Shown piece by piece: positions 20,509 through 29,374 of a stretch of 64,000 nucleotides of DNA. Source of the stretch: an uncultured Acidobacteriota bacterium (lineage in GTDB: Bacteria > Acidobacteriota > UBA6911 > RPQK01 > CBDAPI01). A program made the translations under genes and the position numbers. Where the stretch lies: NCBI GenBank assembly GCA_964565865.1, contig CAZMGM010000003.1:6572-70571 (forward strand), written 5' to 3'. The notes beneath the pieces are model-generated. The model made no database searches. It saw only the letters and a list, made by a program, of their open reading frames with translations, and was not told where the DNA came from. Within the stretch, counting starts at the first letter, position 1. Each line of letters opens with the position of its first letter.

Positions 20509-20792
20509 AGTTTGGACGTGGGGGTTCCATCGAAGTCGACGGCGTCGACGATTCCGACAATGGAGCAGTCCACCGGATGATCGGTCAATCCGTTGGCCAT
20601 CCGGGCTGAACTGCCTCGTACGATGATGACGGTCTCGCCTGCTCCGGCGCCGACTGTGTCGACCGCCACATGGTACCCGGAGGGATTCCCCGTCTCCGGA
20701 TCGATGGTCTTAACGATGAGTAGCTTTTTCCCCTGGAGCTTCTCGTCCTTACGGGTGGCGACTACGGTCCCGGCAACTTTACCTAGAAGCAT
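20505..20792 (-). CDS. BMC vertex protein (BMC-P, EutN/CcmL family), paralog 1
   Basis: 95 aa, MLLGKVAGTVVATRKDEKLQGKKLLIVK…AVDTVGAGAGETVIIV…CSIVGIVD. Confidence 0.85.
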   Translation of the reverse strand: MLLGKVAGTVVATRKDEKLQGKKLLIVKTIDPETGNPSGYHVAVDTVGAGAGETVIIVRGSSARMANGLTDHPVDCSIVGIVDAVDFDGTPTSKL

Positions 20793-20830
20793 GGGTGCTC
20801 AGAACCTTCTTTTCGGAATCGGGAAGTTGG

Positions 20831-21118
20831 TTATTTAGGGATGATGGGAAGACGTTCATCCAGGCTCGAATGGGGTCGCGGTATTACGTGAACGCTTACT
20901 AGCTCTCCTACCCGTCGAGCTGCGGCAGCTCCTGCGTCGGTGGCGGCTTTGACCGCGGCTACCTCTCCTCGAACGATGGCTGTCACGAGGCCGCTGCCGA
21001 TCTTTTCATAGCCAACCAGGGTAACCTTGGCAGCCTTAACCATCGCGTCGGCGGCTTCAACCATGGCAATGAGACCCTTCGTCTCTACCATTCCCAAAGC
21101 TTCCAGCGAATCGGCCAT
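20831..21118 (-). CDS. BMC hexameric shell protein (BMC-H, PduA/EutM/CcmK family)
   Basis: Canonical PF00936 sequence: [54 protein letters not shown]…VHVIPRPH. Confidence 0.9.
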   Translation of the reverse strand: MADSLEALGMVETKGLIAMVEAADAMVKAAKVTLVGYEKIGSGLVTAIVRGEVAAVKAATDAGAAAARRVGELVSVHVIPRPHSSLDERLPIIPK

Positions 21119-21151
21119 TTCCGGTAGTGTCTCCCAGGATTCTGGACCTGC

Positions 21152-21985
21152 TTATCGGTCCCTGTTCATCTCCAGTACAACTCTCTCAACGATCTCATCG
21201 ATTTCCCGCGGAGATAACGTGAGAGGGTGTTCGCCGTGGGCAGTTACGGGACAGTCAGTCTGCCGCGAAACTGGAGCATTTATACCATACTTCCCACTGA
21301 CGTCAAAAAGTTTGTCCACAGATTCCCGAGTGAGTAAACTCTGCTTTCCAAGGATGCGTGTCAGTAAAGAGATCTTGGCAAAATGTTCGAGAATTTCCAT
21401 GCGGAAAAAGGCCTTTTGCAGATCCGATCCCATAGTGATTGCGCCGTGATTGGCAAGCAGGATTGCGTTGTGTTCGGGGACTAGATCAGTGAGGCTGTTG
21501 GCCAGTTCATCGGTGGAAGGAGTCCCGTAGGGCGCGATCGGGACACAGCCCAGAGTGAGTACAACCTCGGGCATAAGGGCTTCACGGAGTGGAAGACCGG
21601 CAACCGCGTGTGCGGTTCCGTACACGGGATGTCCGTGACAGACCCCCGTCACGTCAGGACGGCCCCGGTAGACTAGCACGTGCATTTTGATTTCACTGGA
21701 AACTCCGCGCCCTCCTTCCAGCTGGTGTCCCTCAAGGTCAGTTGTAACCAGGTCTTCAGGCTGCAGATCTCCCTTGCACAAGCCTGTCGGAGTGGCAAGC
21801 AGCCGTTCTCCCATTCGGATCGACAGGTTGCCTTCGTTGGCGCAGATCAGGTCTTTGGCATACATTCTCCGGCCGATCTCACAGATGAGTTCCCGCGCTT
21901 GCCATTCGATCATCATCAGCTCCGGGTTCCGAGCTCCCAGTTCCGGGCTGGCACTGGTCGTCACTCCCGCCATTACAGGTTCCAC
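21152..21985 (-). CDS. Class II aldolase (fuculose-/rhamnulose-phosphate aldolase-like) with a C-terminal encapsulation-peptide-like amphipathic helix
   Basis: Aldolase_II motifs: Zn-ligand histidines in VCHGHPV and the conserved LLANHGAITMG. About 40 aa past the domain end there is a linker followed by an amphipathic helix (LSPREIDEIVERVVLEM). Alternative start MM at 21913. Confidence 0.8.
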   Translation of the reverse strand: MEPVMAGVTTSASPELGARNPELMMIEWQARELICEIGRRMYAKDLICANEGNLSIRMGERLLATPTGLCKGDLQPEDLVTTDLEGHQLEGGRGVSSEIKMHVLVYRGRPDVTGVCHGHPVYGTAHAVAGLPLREALMPEVVLTLGCVPIAPYGTPSTDELANSLTDLVPEHNAILLANHGAITMGSDLQKAFFRMEILEHFAKISLLTRILGKQSLLTRESVDKLFDVSGKYGINAPVSRQTDCPVTAHGEHPLTLSPREIDEIVERVVLEMNRDR

Positions 21986-22070
21986 GTTCTACGAACCTTC
22001 AACCTGTAACTGTCAACTGTCAACCTTCAACCTTCAACTGTCAACCAGTAACCGGTAAGCCAGTCCCAGA
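21986..22070. repeat. Heptanucleotide tandem repeat (about 9 units, consensus AACYKTC), copy 1 of a dispersed family
   Basis: gaaccttc|aacctgt|aactgtc|aactgtc|aaccttc|aaccttc|aactgtc|aaccagt|aaccggt, in the divergent region between the aldolase and ruvA. Confidence 0.7.
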
Positions 22071-22088
22071 GCAGTCCGGTTCGCTATA

Positions 22089-22697
22089 ATGCAACCTATG
22101 CTTGCCCGACTCAGGGGAACGCTGACGGAGAAGTCGGCCGGCCAGATTATCATCGATGTGAACGGGGTAGGATACGAGGTGTTCATCCCTTTCTCCACTT
22201 ACTATGAACTGGCCGAACCGGGAGACAGAGTCACGCTTCACATTTACACTCATGTTAAAGAAAACGATCTGAGCCTTTATGGATTCTCGACTCAACGGGA
22301 AAAGGATCTTTTCAATCTGTTGATCCAAATTTCCGGCATCGGCCCCAAGCTGGGAGTGACTATTCTCTCGGGACTTCCAGCAGAGGAACTGGCCGAAGCG
22401 GTCGTGGCAGGTGACCTGGTGCGCTTGCATTCTATTCCGGGGGTGGGAAAGAAGACGGCAGAGCGGATCATTCTCGAGCTCAAGGAGAAGCTCGACCGGT
22501 TCCTTCCGGAGAGGTCCTCACAAGATGCTGCAAGGTCTGGCAGCGGGATGGGCGGCGACGTGGTCTCTGCCCTGGTTAATCTTGGTTACCAGAAGGCAGC
22601 TGCCGAGAAAGCCGTCAGCGCCATCAATAGGGAAGGGACGAATTGTGGCTTTCAGGCCCTCTTGAGGGGGGCTTTGAGTCACCTTTCTGGCTCTTAG
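22089..22697 (+). CDS. ruvA: Holliday junction DNA helicase RuvA
   Basis: RuvA N-terminal OB domain and HhH motifs (LIQISGIGPKLGVTIL; LHSIPGVGKKTAERI). Confidence 0.9.
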   Translation: MQPMLARLRGTLTEKSAGQIIIDVNGVGYEVFIPFSTYYELAEPGDRVTLHIYTHVKENDLSLYGFSTQREKDLFNLLIQISGIGPKLGVTILSGLPAEELAEAVVAGDLVRLHSIPGVGKKTAERIILELKEKLDRFLPERSSQDAARSGSGMGGDVVSALVNLGYQKAAAEKAVSAINREGTNCGFQALLRGALSHLSGS

Positions 22698-22722
22698 CCA
22701 GCGAAGAGGTTGAATCGTTCTT

Positions 22723-23748
22723 ATGGAAGAAGACAATCGCTTCCTCGATCCGTCCTTGAAGGATGGGGATCGATCGCTAGAGAACAGTTTGCGTCCGCGT
22801 GCGATGAAGGAGTTCATCGGACAGCCCAGGGTCAAGGAGAGCTTGGGTATCTCTATCCAGGCAGCCCTTCACCGCAGCGATCCCCTCGACCATGTGCTTT
22901 TATACGGCCCGCCGGGGCTTGGAAAAACGACCCTGGCTCAGATCATTGCTCAGGAATTGGGTGTGAACTTCAGGAGCACCTCGGGACCAACCGTAGAGAG
23001 ACGAGGTGATTTGGCAGCAATTCTGACCAACCTGGAACCGAATGATGTGCTCTTCATTGATGAGATTCACCGGCTTCACCCGGCCATCGAGGAAATCCTG
23101 TACCCGGCGATGGAGGATTTCAAGATTGACATCATCATCGGCGAGGGACCGGGTGCTCGGTCGATTTCCCTCGAAATTCCCCGGTTTACTCTGGTGGGGG
23201 CGACCACACGCAGCGGGCTGTTGACATCTCCTCTGCGGGCACGGTTCGGAATCTTACAGCGACTCGATTTTTATACCCAGGCAGACCTGGCTGAAGTGGT
23301 TCAACGATCGGCCGGGATACTCGGGATTGAGGTTGATCCAGGTGGCGCCGGAGAGATTGCAAAGCGCAGCCGTGGTACTCCTAGGATTGCCAACCGTCTG
23401 CTCAAGAGAGTCCGGGACTACGCTCAAGTCAGAGAAGACGGCTTTGTGGACGACGCGATTGCCTGCCGGGGGCTGGAGCTCATGAACGTAGATTCGCAAG
23501 GACTGGACGAGACCGACCGAAAGCTTCTGTTGACGATCATTGACAAGTTCGATGGAGGTCCGGTGGGCATCAAGACGATCTCGGCTGCGATTTCAGAGGA
23601 AACGGATGCCATTGAGGACATCTACGAGCCCTACCTGATCCAGGTAGGTTTCTTGAATCGGACTCGCAGGGGCCGAGTCGCTACACGGCTGGCCTTTGAA
23701 CACCTGGGAAAAACCTACGACCCAGCACCTCAGAAACGACTCTTCTAA
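22723..23748 (+). CDS. ruvB: Holliday junction DNA helicase RuvB
   Basis: AAA+ P-loop ([11 protein letters not shown]), sensor motifs and a RuvB winged-helix C-terminus. Confidence 0.95.
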   Translation: MEEDNRFLDPSLKDGDRSLENSLRPRAMKEFIGQPRVKESLGISIQAALHRSDPLDHVLLYGPPGLGKTTLAQIIAQELGVNFRSTSGPTVERRGDLAAILTNLEPNDVLFIDEIHRLHPAIEEILYPAMEDFKIDIIIGEGPGARSISLEIPRFTLVGATTRSGLLTSPLRARFGILQRLDFYTQADLAEVVQRSAGILGIEVDPGGAGEIAKRSRGTPRIANRLLKRVRDYAQVREDGFVDDAIACRGLELMNVDSQGLDETDRKLLLTIIDKFDGGPVGIKTISAAISEETDAIEDIYEPYLIQVGFLNRTRRGRVATRLAFEHLGKTYDPAPQKRLF

Positions 23749-24078
23749 GTCTTCTTCGCTAGGACTCCCGTCCAGTCAAACAGAACTTCCAGTCCCGGTT
23801 TGACGAGCTCTCCCAGATGCTTGCACAGATTATCAAGGGCAAGCAGGAAGTCCTTGATCTGACCTTGAGGATCGCACCTGTCTGGGTGCTGTAGGAACCT
23901 CCACCGAAGCCGCCTCCGATTTTGCCGAAAGCTCCGTCGAGTCCTTTTTCTTTTTCTCGGTTCCAAACTGCGTGATGCTGCTCACGATCATTGTATTCAC
24001 TCCCAGGACTTTGCCGATCCGGGCCGCTGTCTTCCAGGTTCTGCTCGGCGAGAATCTTATCCCGCCAGTTTCACTCGA

Positions 24079-24279
24079 TCACACGAAGGGTCCCATTTGT
24101 GACAAGTTCAGTGATGATGAGGTCGTAAATTCTTTGTCGATGTCCCAGTTGCCACGCCACCATTGTTGGACGGTTCCGAAATCGAAGTTCATGACAGCAG
24201 CGCGTTTTCTGTCTCTGGCCTGGCAAGGTACACTGAACAGGTAGGCAAAACAGAGAACCAAAGGCAATCGCAGTGCCAT
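24079..24279 (-). CDS. Hypothetical small secreted ORF; possibly the 5' remnant of a disrupted gene
   Basis: Signal-peptide-like MALRLPLVLCFAYLFSVPCQA. The ORF ends at a TGA after 66 aa. The following minus-strand region (23745..24078) has further open frames with no clear gene. Confidence 0.2.
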   Translation of the reverse strand: MALRLPLVLCFAYLFSVPCQARDRKRAAVMNFDFGTVQQWWRGNWDIDKEFTTSSSLNLSQMGPFV

Positions 24280-24353
24280 TTCTAGGTCTTCCGAGTTAGA
24301 GCTGGTCACTCTGATGGTTTAGCAGTTCCTACCGGATATAATCCCAGGCTCGT

Positions 24354-24965
24354 ATGGCAGAGGGCTGTTTTTCTCCATTTGTGTTACTGCGAAGGCTCTA
24401 TGAATGGGTATTGAGCTGGGCTGAGCATCGGTCGGCCCTGTGGGCATTGTTTGGCCTGTCCTTCGCCGAAGCGTCTTTCTTTCCGGTCCCGCCCGATGTC
24501 CTTTTGATGGCGATGGCAATCGGAAAACCGCGGCGAGCTCTTCGTTTTGCCCTGGTGTGTCTGGCTGGTTCCCTGTTGGGGGGGCTCTTCGGATATCTGC
24601 TGGGTTATCATTTTTACGCCCTGATCGGAAAACCCATCATTGGCCTATACTCGGCTGGCGACCAATACGAAAAGGTGCGTGAACTGTTTAAGACCTGGAA
24701 TGCCGTCGCCGTCGCCGTGGCCGGGTTTACGCCCATTCCCTTTAAAGTCTTCACGATTGCTGCTGGTGCTTTCCGGGTCAATCTGCTGACTTTTTTCCTG
24801 GCGGCAGCCGCGAGCCGGAGCGCCCGCTTCTTTCTTGTTGCGGGATTGATCTACTATTTCGGCCCGGCGGTCAAGGAGAAGATCGATCGCTATTTTAACC
24901 AGTTAACGGTCCTTTTCATGATCCTTCTCGTGGGTGGATTTTTGGTTCTGAAGTATGTATTGTAG
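24354..24965 (+). CDS. YqaA/DedA-family membrane protein
   Basis: Multi-TM protein with the DedA/SNARE-associated segment ([14 protein letters not shown]…[15 protein letters not shown]). Confidence 0.65.
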   Translation: MAEGCFSPFVLLRRLYEWVLSWAEHRSALWALFGLSFAEASFFPVPPDVLLMAMAIGKPRRALRFALVCLAGSLLGGLFGYLLGYHFYALIGKPIIGLYSAGDQYEKVRELFKTWNAVAVAVAGFTPIPFKVFTIAAGAFRVNLLTFFLAAAASRSARFFLVAGLIYYFGPAVKEKIDRYFNQLTVLFMILLVGGFLVLKYVL

Positions 24966-24982
24966 GAGGCCTTTTTGAGGAG

Positions 24983-25059
<77 letters not shown>

Positions 25060-25063
25060 GCTT

Positions 25064-25351
25064 GTGTCGACTCCAGAAGGGATTCATTCACGGCACTACT
25101 ACCTAACTGGACGGGTGCAGGGAGTGGGTTTTCGCTACTATGTATACCGTAAGGCGTTCGAGCTGCAAGTGAAGGGTTGGGTACGAAATCTCGCTGATGG
25201 CCGGGTAGAGTGCTGGGCTGAGGCAGATACCAGGGCGTTGGACGTTTTTGAGCGTCATGTGCGGACGGGTCCCAGCCTCGGCCGGGTCAAGTCCATGGAG
25301 GTCGAAGCGCAGCGGCCGCGCGGTTATTCTGATTTTTCGATTGAGGTCTAG
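25064..25351 (+). CDS. acyP: Acylphosphatase
   Basis: Acylphosphatase signature [13 protein letters not shown]…[12 protein letters not shown]. The only canonical start is GTG at 25064, 5 nt after the tRNA-Pro 3' end. Confidence 0.7.
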   Translation: MSTPEGIHSRHYYLTGRVQGVGFRYYVYRKAFELQVKGWVRNLADGRVECWAEADTRALDVFERHVRTGPSLGRVKSMEVEAQRPRGYSDFSIEV

Positions 25352-25363
25352 CAGCCCGCTAAT

Positions 25364-25879
25364 ATGGAAGAACTTAAGAAGCTGATCCGAGAAGTGCCGG
25401 ATTTCCCCAAACCCGGGATCCTTTTCTATGATGTAACGACGCTGCTGAAGGATGCTGCCGGTCTACGCTCGGTTCTTGGCCACTTCGAGGAAACCTTTCG
25501 GGATCAACCGATCGACAAAGTAGTGGGGATCGAATCACGGGGATTCATTCTGGCACCAACGATTGCCGCACGGTGCAACGCCGGTTTTGTGCCGATTCGC
25601 AAGCGCGGCAAACTTCCGGCGGAGACGATCGAGGCATCCTACGAGTTGGAGTATGGAGTCGACAGCTTGGAGGCACACCTTGACTCCATTGAAGAAGGCG
25701 AGAATGTCCTCATTGTGGATGACCTTTTGGCAACCGGAGGCACGGCCCGGGCGGCCCTGGAACTGGTTCGAAGACTGGGCGGAAACATAACCGCCGTGGC
25801 ATTCTTGATCGAGCTGGAATTTCTGTCGGGTCGCGATCAGCTGGGCGACGTCGAAGTGTTCTCGCTGCTGCGCTACTAG
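25364..25879 (+). CDS. apt: Adenine phosphoribosyltransferase
   Basis: PRTase PRPP-binding motif [14 protein letters not shown] and an APRT-like N-terminus ([15 protein letters not shown]). Confidence 0.9.
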   Translation: MEELKKLIREVPDFPKPGILFYDVTTLLKDAAGLRSVLGHFEETFRDQPIDKVVGIESRGFILAPTIAARCNAGFVPIRKRGKLPAETIEASYELEYGVDSLEAHLDSIEEGENVLIVDDLLATGGTARAALELVRRLGGNITAVAFLIELEFLSGRDQLGDVEVFSLLRY

Positions 25880-26084
25880 TGGACGGTAATACCTGAAGCG
25901 CTAGCGCCTGAGCTACTCTCGACCCCGATCTGGGCCTTGTACCTCCTCGCCGCCATAGTCCTGGCTATGCCTCGTCCACGCGGCCTTGACCTCGGTTCCG
26001 AATGGCGCTCGCTCATCCACCAGCGATTCAAGCATTACAGTCCAGTACTAGAAAGGCTCGAGCGATGAGGTGTGGCCCACCGTT

Positions 26085-26135
26085 ACCGGCAAAAGTGCAA
26101 AGTAGAAAGTGCCTTGAACCTTCAACTTTCAACCA
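26085..26135. repeat. Heptanucleotide-repeat element, copy 2 (about 3 units)
   Basis: gaaccttc|aactttc|aaccagg, in the convergent gap between apt and the TPR gene. Confidence 0.5.
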
Positions 26136-26148
26136 GGAAAGGTCTTTT

Positions 26149-26961
26149 TTATCCGCTGTTTTCACCTGGGTTCTCGGGGTCTGCTTCAGCATCTTTGGAG
26201 GTGGGATGGGACTCCTTTCCAGAACCTGTCTCGTTCTCCAGCAGCGCGATGCGAGCCTCGATAGAGGCCACGTTGGGCAGCGCCGGGTGTTCGTCCTTGA
26301 GCCTCTTGAAGAGGTCCAGAGCCTCCGCCTTTTGCCCGGCCGCGTCATAGGTCTTGGCCAGGTTCGACATGATTTCCGAAGCAGGGACATGCGACGAGGG
26401 ATCATCCAGGATCTGGTTCCAGGCCTCGATTGCCTGAGGGCGCTGGCCCAGGTGAAGGGCCAAGAGGGCGACGTGGTTCCGAGCCAGATTGCGCATTTCC
26501 GGTCGCGACGACTGGTCGACAATGTCGCGAAACGACTCCAGGGATTCCTGGTAATGTTTCAGTCTTCGCTGCGTGACCCCAACGTAGAATCGAGCTAGTT
26601 CGCCTACCACCGACCAGCCCTGCTGATCAGCGATTTGGCGAAATCTTCGGAGGGCGTTCTCGTCCCGGGACTCTGTACTGGTGTAAGGCAACTCTCCATC
26701 GGGCTGCGCCTGATCCTCGGCATCCGGCACCACGGCGTTGAAGATCTTCAGGGCCCCGGCCAGCTCGTCCTGCGCTGCCTTTTTGCGGCTAACCTGGACG
26801 GCGTCGAAACCCCAGTAACCGATACCGGCTAGGATGACCGCTGCCACTCCTACCAGTAGGTAGTTGCGGTATTCAATCACTCTCTCCCAGGTTTCAACTA
26901 GAAGAAAGCGAATCCGATCTTCGCTGATTTCCTTACGCGTGAGGTGTTTTGGTCTGGGCAA
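26149..26961 (-). CDS. Membrane-anchored TPR-repeat protein (YfgM/YbgF-like)
   Basis: N-terminal TM helix (LLVGVAAVILAGIGYWGF) followed by TPR-like helical repeats. Confidence 0.55.
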   Translation of the reverse strand: MPRPKHLTRKEISEDRIRFLLVETWERVIEYRNYLLVGVAAVILAGIGYWGFDAVQVSRKKAAQDELAGALKIFNAVVPDAEDQAQPDGELPYTSTESRDENALRRFRQIADQQGWSVVGELARFYVGVTQRRLKHYQESLESFRDIVDQSSRPEMRNLARNHVALLALHLGQRPQAIEAWNQILDDPSSHVPASEIMSNLAKTYDAAGQKAEALDLFKRLKDEHPALPNVASIEARIALLENETGSGKESHPTSKDAEADPENPGENSG

Positions 26962-27145
26962 AGCGAGCCTCCATGTTAACAGCCCGTGGTGAAAGTCTCG
27001 CCGCCACCCACAGGGCTGGGCGGCCTGGGGGCGATGTCGGTGTCGTTTGTCGTCTCTGATGAACTTGCATTGGTTTCTTCCTCGTGCCTTGCCAGCGAAC
27101 CCAGTTCCCTAGCGTGCGACCTTCACTAGGGACTGCTAAAGAGCT

Positions 27146-27219
27146 TGCGCCTGGCAGGACTCGAACCTGCGACACACGGGTTAGGAACCCGTTGCTCTAT
27201 CCTTCTGAGCTACAGGCGC
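27146..27219 (-). tRNA. tRNA-Arg (anticodon CCT)
   Basis: Minus-strand sequence GCGCCTGTAGCTCAGAAGGATAGAGCAACGGGTTCCTAACCCGTGTGTCGCAGGTTCGAGTCCTGCCAGGCGCA: perfect 7-bp acceptor, anticodon stem ACGGG/CCCGT with loop TTCCTAA. No encoded CCA. Confidence 0.85.
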
Positions 27220-27277
27220 CTTAGGGTAGAAAACTGGTATAAAAAACCAGTTTAGCAAAAAGGATCCACGCCGTGCT

Positions 27278-28480
27278 ATGGTGGACAGAGTCGAGGAAGA
27301 ATTGACGCAGCGCTCCTCTAGACAAACGGTACACGTTGTCGGCGGCTCTCTTGCAACCTATGCCATGCGGGATGACGAGAGCAAGGGGAGACGCCATCCG
27401 GAACCCTCTCACTCATATCGCTCCGAGTTTCAACGAGATCGGGATCGGGTCGTACACACGAAGGCATTTCGTCGCCTGGAGAACAAGACTCAGGTTTTTG
27501 CTTCCCGGCTGTCAGACCATTTTAGGACTCGACTCACCCACACTCTGGAAGTGACCCAGATAGCTACAACCATTGCTCGAGCCCTGAGGCTGAACATTGA
27601 CCTCTGCGAGGTGCTCGGTCTGAGCCATGATATCGGACACCCTCCCTTCGGACATGAGGGTGAGAAGGTGCTGGATCAGATCATGAGAGACAATGGATCA
27701 GGGTTTGATCACAACCTTCACGCATTGCGTATTGTGGAGGATTTCGAGGTCAAGTATGCGGGCTTTCGAGGGCTCAACCTGACCTACGAGGTCAGAGAAG
27801 GGATTGTCAAGCACAGCAGTGACTGGGCTGATTCGACGCGAGCCTACCTGGATTTGAGCGAGTACGAACCCGGGGTGAAGCCGCCCCTGGAGGCCCAGGT
27901 CATCGATATCGCTGACGAGATCGCCTACAACACAGCAGATCTTGACGACGGGTACCGCTCGGGCTTGCTTTCATCTGATTTGATCGGAGCGGAAGTCCCA
28001 ATGTTTGCCCAAATTTCCCAGACAGTTCGGGCCAGGCATCCAGAGGCGGAGGAACGGATATGGGTCAATGAAACACTGCGGCTCCTCATCGACTATCTAG
28101 TAACCGATCTGATCGAGTTTACAGAGAAGACATTGAAGCAGCTGAGGGTGCGAGGAGTCGAAGACGTTCGGGCCGGTGAGACCCGGCTGGTCTCTCTCAG
28201 CCCCTCGGCTTTGCAGGACAATCGGCAATTGAAGACGTTCCTGACCGAAAATCTGTATGCCGATTCCACTCTCCGATCGGCTCAATTATCAGCTCGCAGG
28301 CTGATTGAGGTACTGTTTGTCCACTATCGAGACAACCCTGGAAAGCTGCCTTCACATCATCGGTCAAGACTGAGTGAGACAGGACTACCCCGGGTGATCT
28401 GCGACTATATAGCGGGAATGACGGACGGCTACGCTGCACAGCAGTTCGACTCCATAGGTGAAATTCAAGAAGCTCCCTAA
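27278..28480 (+). CDS. dGTP triphosphohydrolase-like HD-domain protein
   Basis: HD motif (HTLEVTQIA…LSHDIGHPPFGH) and a dGTPase-like C-terminal region. Confidence 0.8.
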   Translation: MVDRVEEELTQRSSRQTVHVVGGSLATYAMRDDESKGRRHPEPSHSYRSEFQRDRDRVVHTKAFRRLENKTQVFASRLSDHFRTRLTHTLEVTQIATTIARALRLNIDLCEVLGLSHDIGHPPFGHEGEKVLDQIMRDNGSGFDHNLHALRIVEDFEVKYAGFRGLNLTYEVREGIVKHSSDWADSTRAYLDLSEYEPGVKPPLEAQVIDIADEIAYNTADLDDGYRSGLLSSDLIGAEVPMFAQISQTVRARHPEAEERIWVNETLRLLIDYLVTDLIEFTEKTLKQLRVRGVEDVRAGETRLVSLSPSALQDNRQLKTFLTENLYADSTLRSAQLSARRLIEVLFVHYRDNPGKLPSHHRSRLSETGLPRVICDYIAGMTDGYAAQQFDSIGEIQEAP

Positions 28481-28587
28481 ATAATTGTAAGAATAGGGTT
28501 TGTAGTTTTCTGGAAGGGTGTGGGTCTTTGACAGGGATCGTAACTATGCAGTAAGTTTATCGTTTTCTCAGTCGGAGCAATGCCTCA

Positions 28588-29124
28588 ATGTTTGTCGAGC
28601 TTTCCGCAATCAGAGAGGGCGGGGGGGCTCACCGGGTTGAAGTCTTCTTTCCCGAAGATCGACTTGCGCTTGATCCCGGCGAGACGGCGCCGCGTCTGAA
28701 GGAGCCCATCAACGGATCCTGTGAGCTAACACTTTTGGCTGGGGGTCGGGTCAGGGTGAGGGGGGAAGTAAAGACAAAACTGATCGAAGCCTGTAGTCGG
28801 TGTTTGAGCCAGTTTTCGAGGTTCATCGAGAAGTCCTTTGATCTGGTTTACGCTCCTGATCCCACAGTGGCAGTCGGGCCAGAGATCAATTTGAACTATG
28901 ATGATCTGGAAGTGGGCTTTTACCGGGGTGACAGGATCGATCTGAGCACGGTCGTCACAGAATCGATATTGATTGACCTTCCCATGAAACTGATCTGCAG
29001 TCCGGATTGCAAGGGTCTTTGCGACCAGTGCGGGACCAATCTCAACCAGTCGGATTGCGGGTGCCAACCGATCCCGGATGCGCGCTGGCAAGGGTTGGCC
29101 GAATTTAAGAAGAAACTGACTTAG
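28588..29124 (+). CDS. YceD-family (DUF177) protein
   Basis: C-terminal Cys cluster (CSPDCKGLCDQCGTNLNQSDCGC) and its conserved position immediately upstream of rpmF. Confidence 0.75.
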   Translation: MFVELSAIREGGGAHRVEVFFPEDRLALDPGETAPRLKEPINGSCELTLLAGGRVRVRGEVKTKLIEACSRCLSQFSRFIEKSFDLVYAPDPTVAVGPEINLNYDDLEVGFYRGDRIDLSTVVTESILIDLPMKLICSPDCKGLCDQCGTNLNQSDCGCQPIPDARWQGLAEFKKKLT

Positions 29125-29155
29125 TTACTCACTTTCCAATTACGAGGGTACTGAG

Positions 29156-29335
29156 ATGCCTAATCCAAAGAGAAGACATTCCAAGTCCCGTCGAGGCAAG
29201 CGCCGGGCGCACGATCATCTGGTAACAGCCGGAACATCGCTTTGCACGGAGTGCGGATCCCCGACTCTACCCCATCGTGTCTGTCCCGAGTGTGGGTACT
29301 ACAAGGGAAGACAGGTCAGGGAAGTCGAGGACTAG
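29156..29335 (+). CDS. rpmF: 50S ribosomal protein L32
   Basis: Translated by hand: MPNPKRRHSKSRRGKRRAHDHLVTAGTSLCTECGSPTLPHRVCPECGYYKGRQVREVED. Too short to appear in the ≥60-aa ORF track. Confidence 0.9.
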   Translation: MPNPKRRHSKSRRGKRRAHDHLVTAGTSLCTECGSPTLPHRVCPECGYYKGRQVREVED

Positions 29336-29374
29336 CGGTTACTCTTTCAGGTATTCTCCGGGTGTCGTGTACAG

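Noticed and set aside
26002-26598. 198-aa plus-strand ORF
   Set aside because: Antisense to the TPR membrane protein (26149..26961); no recognisable features.
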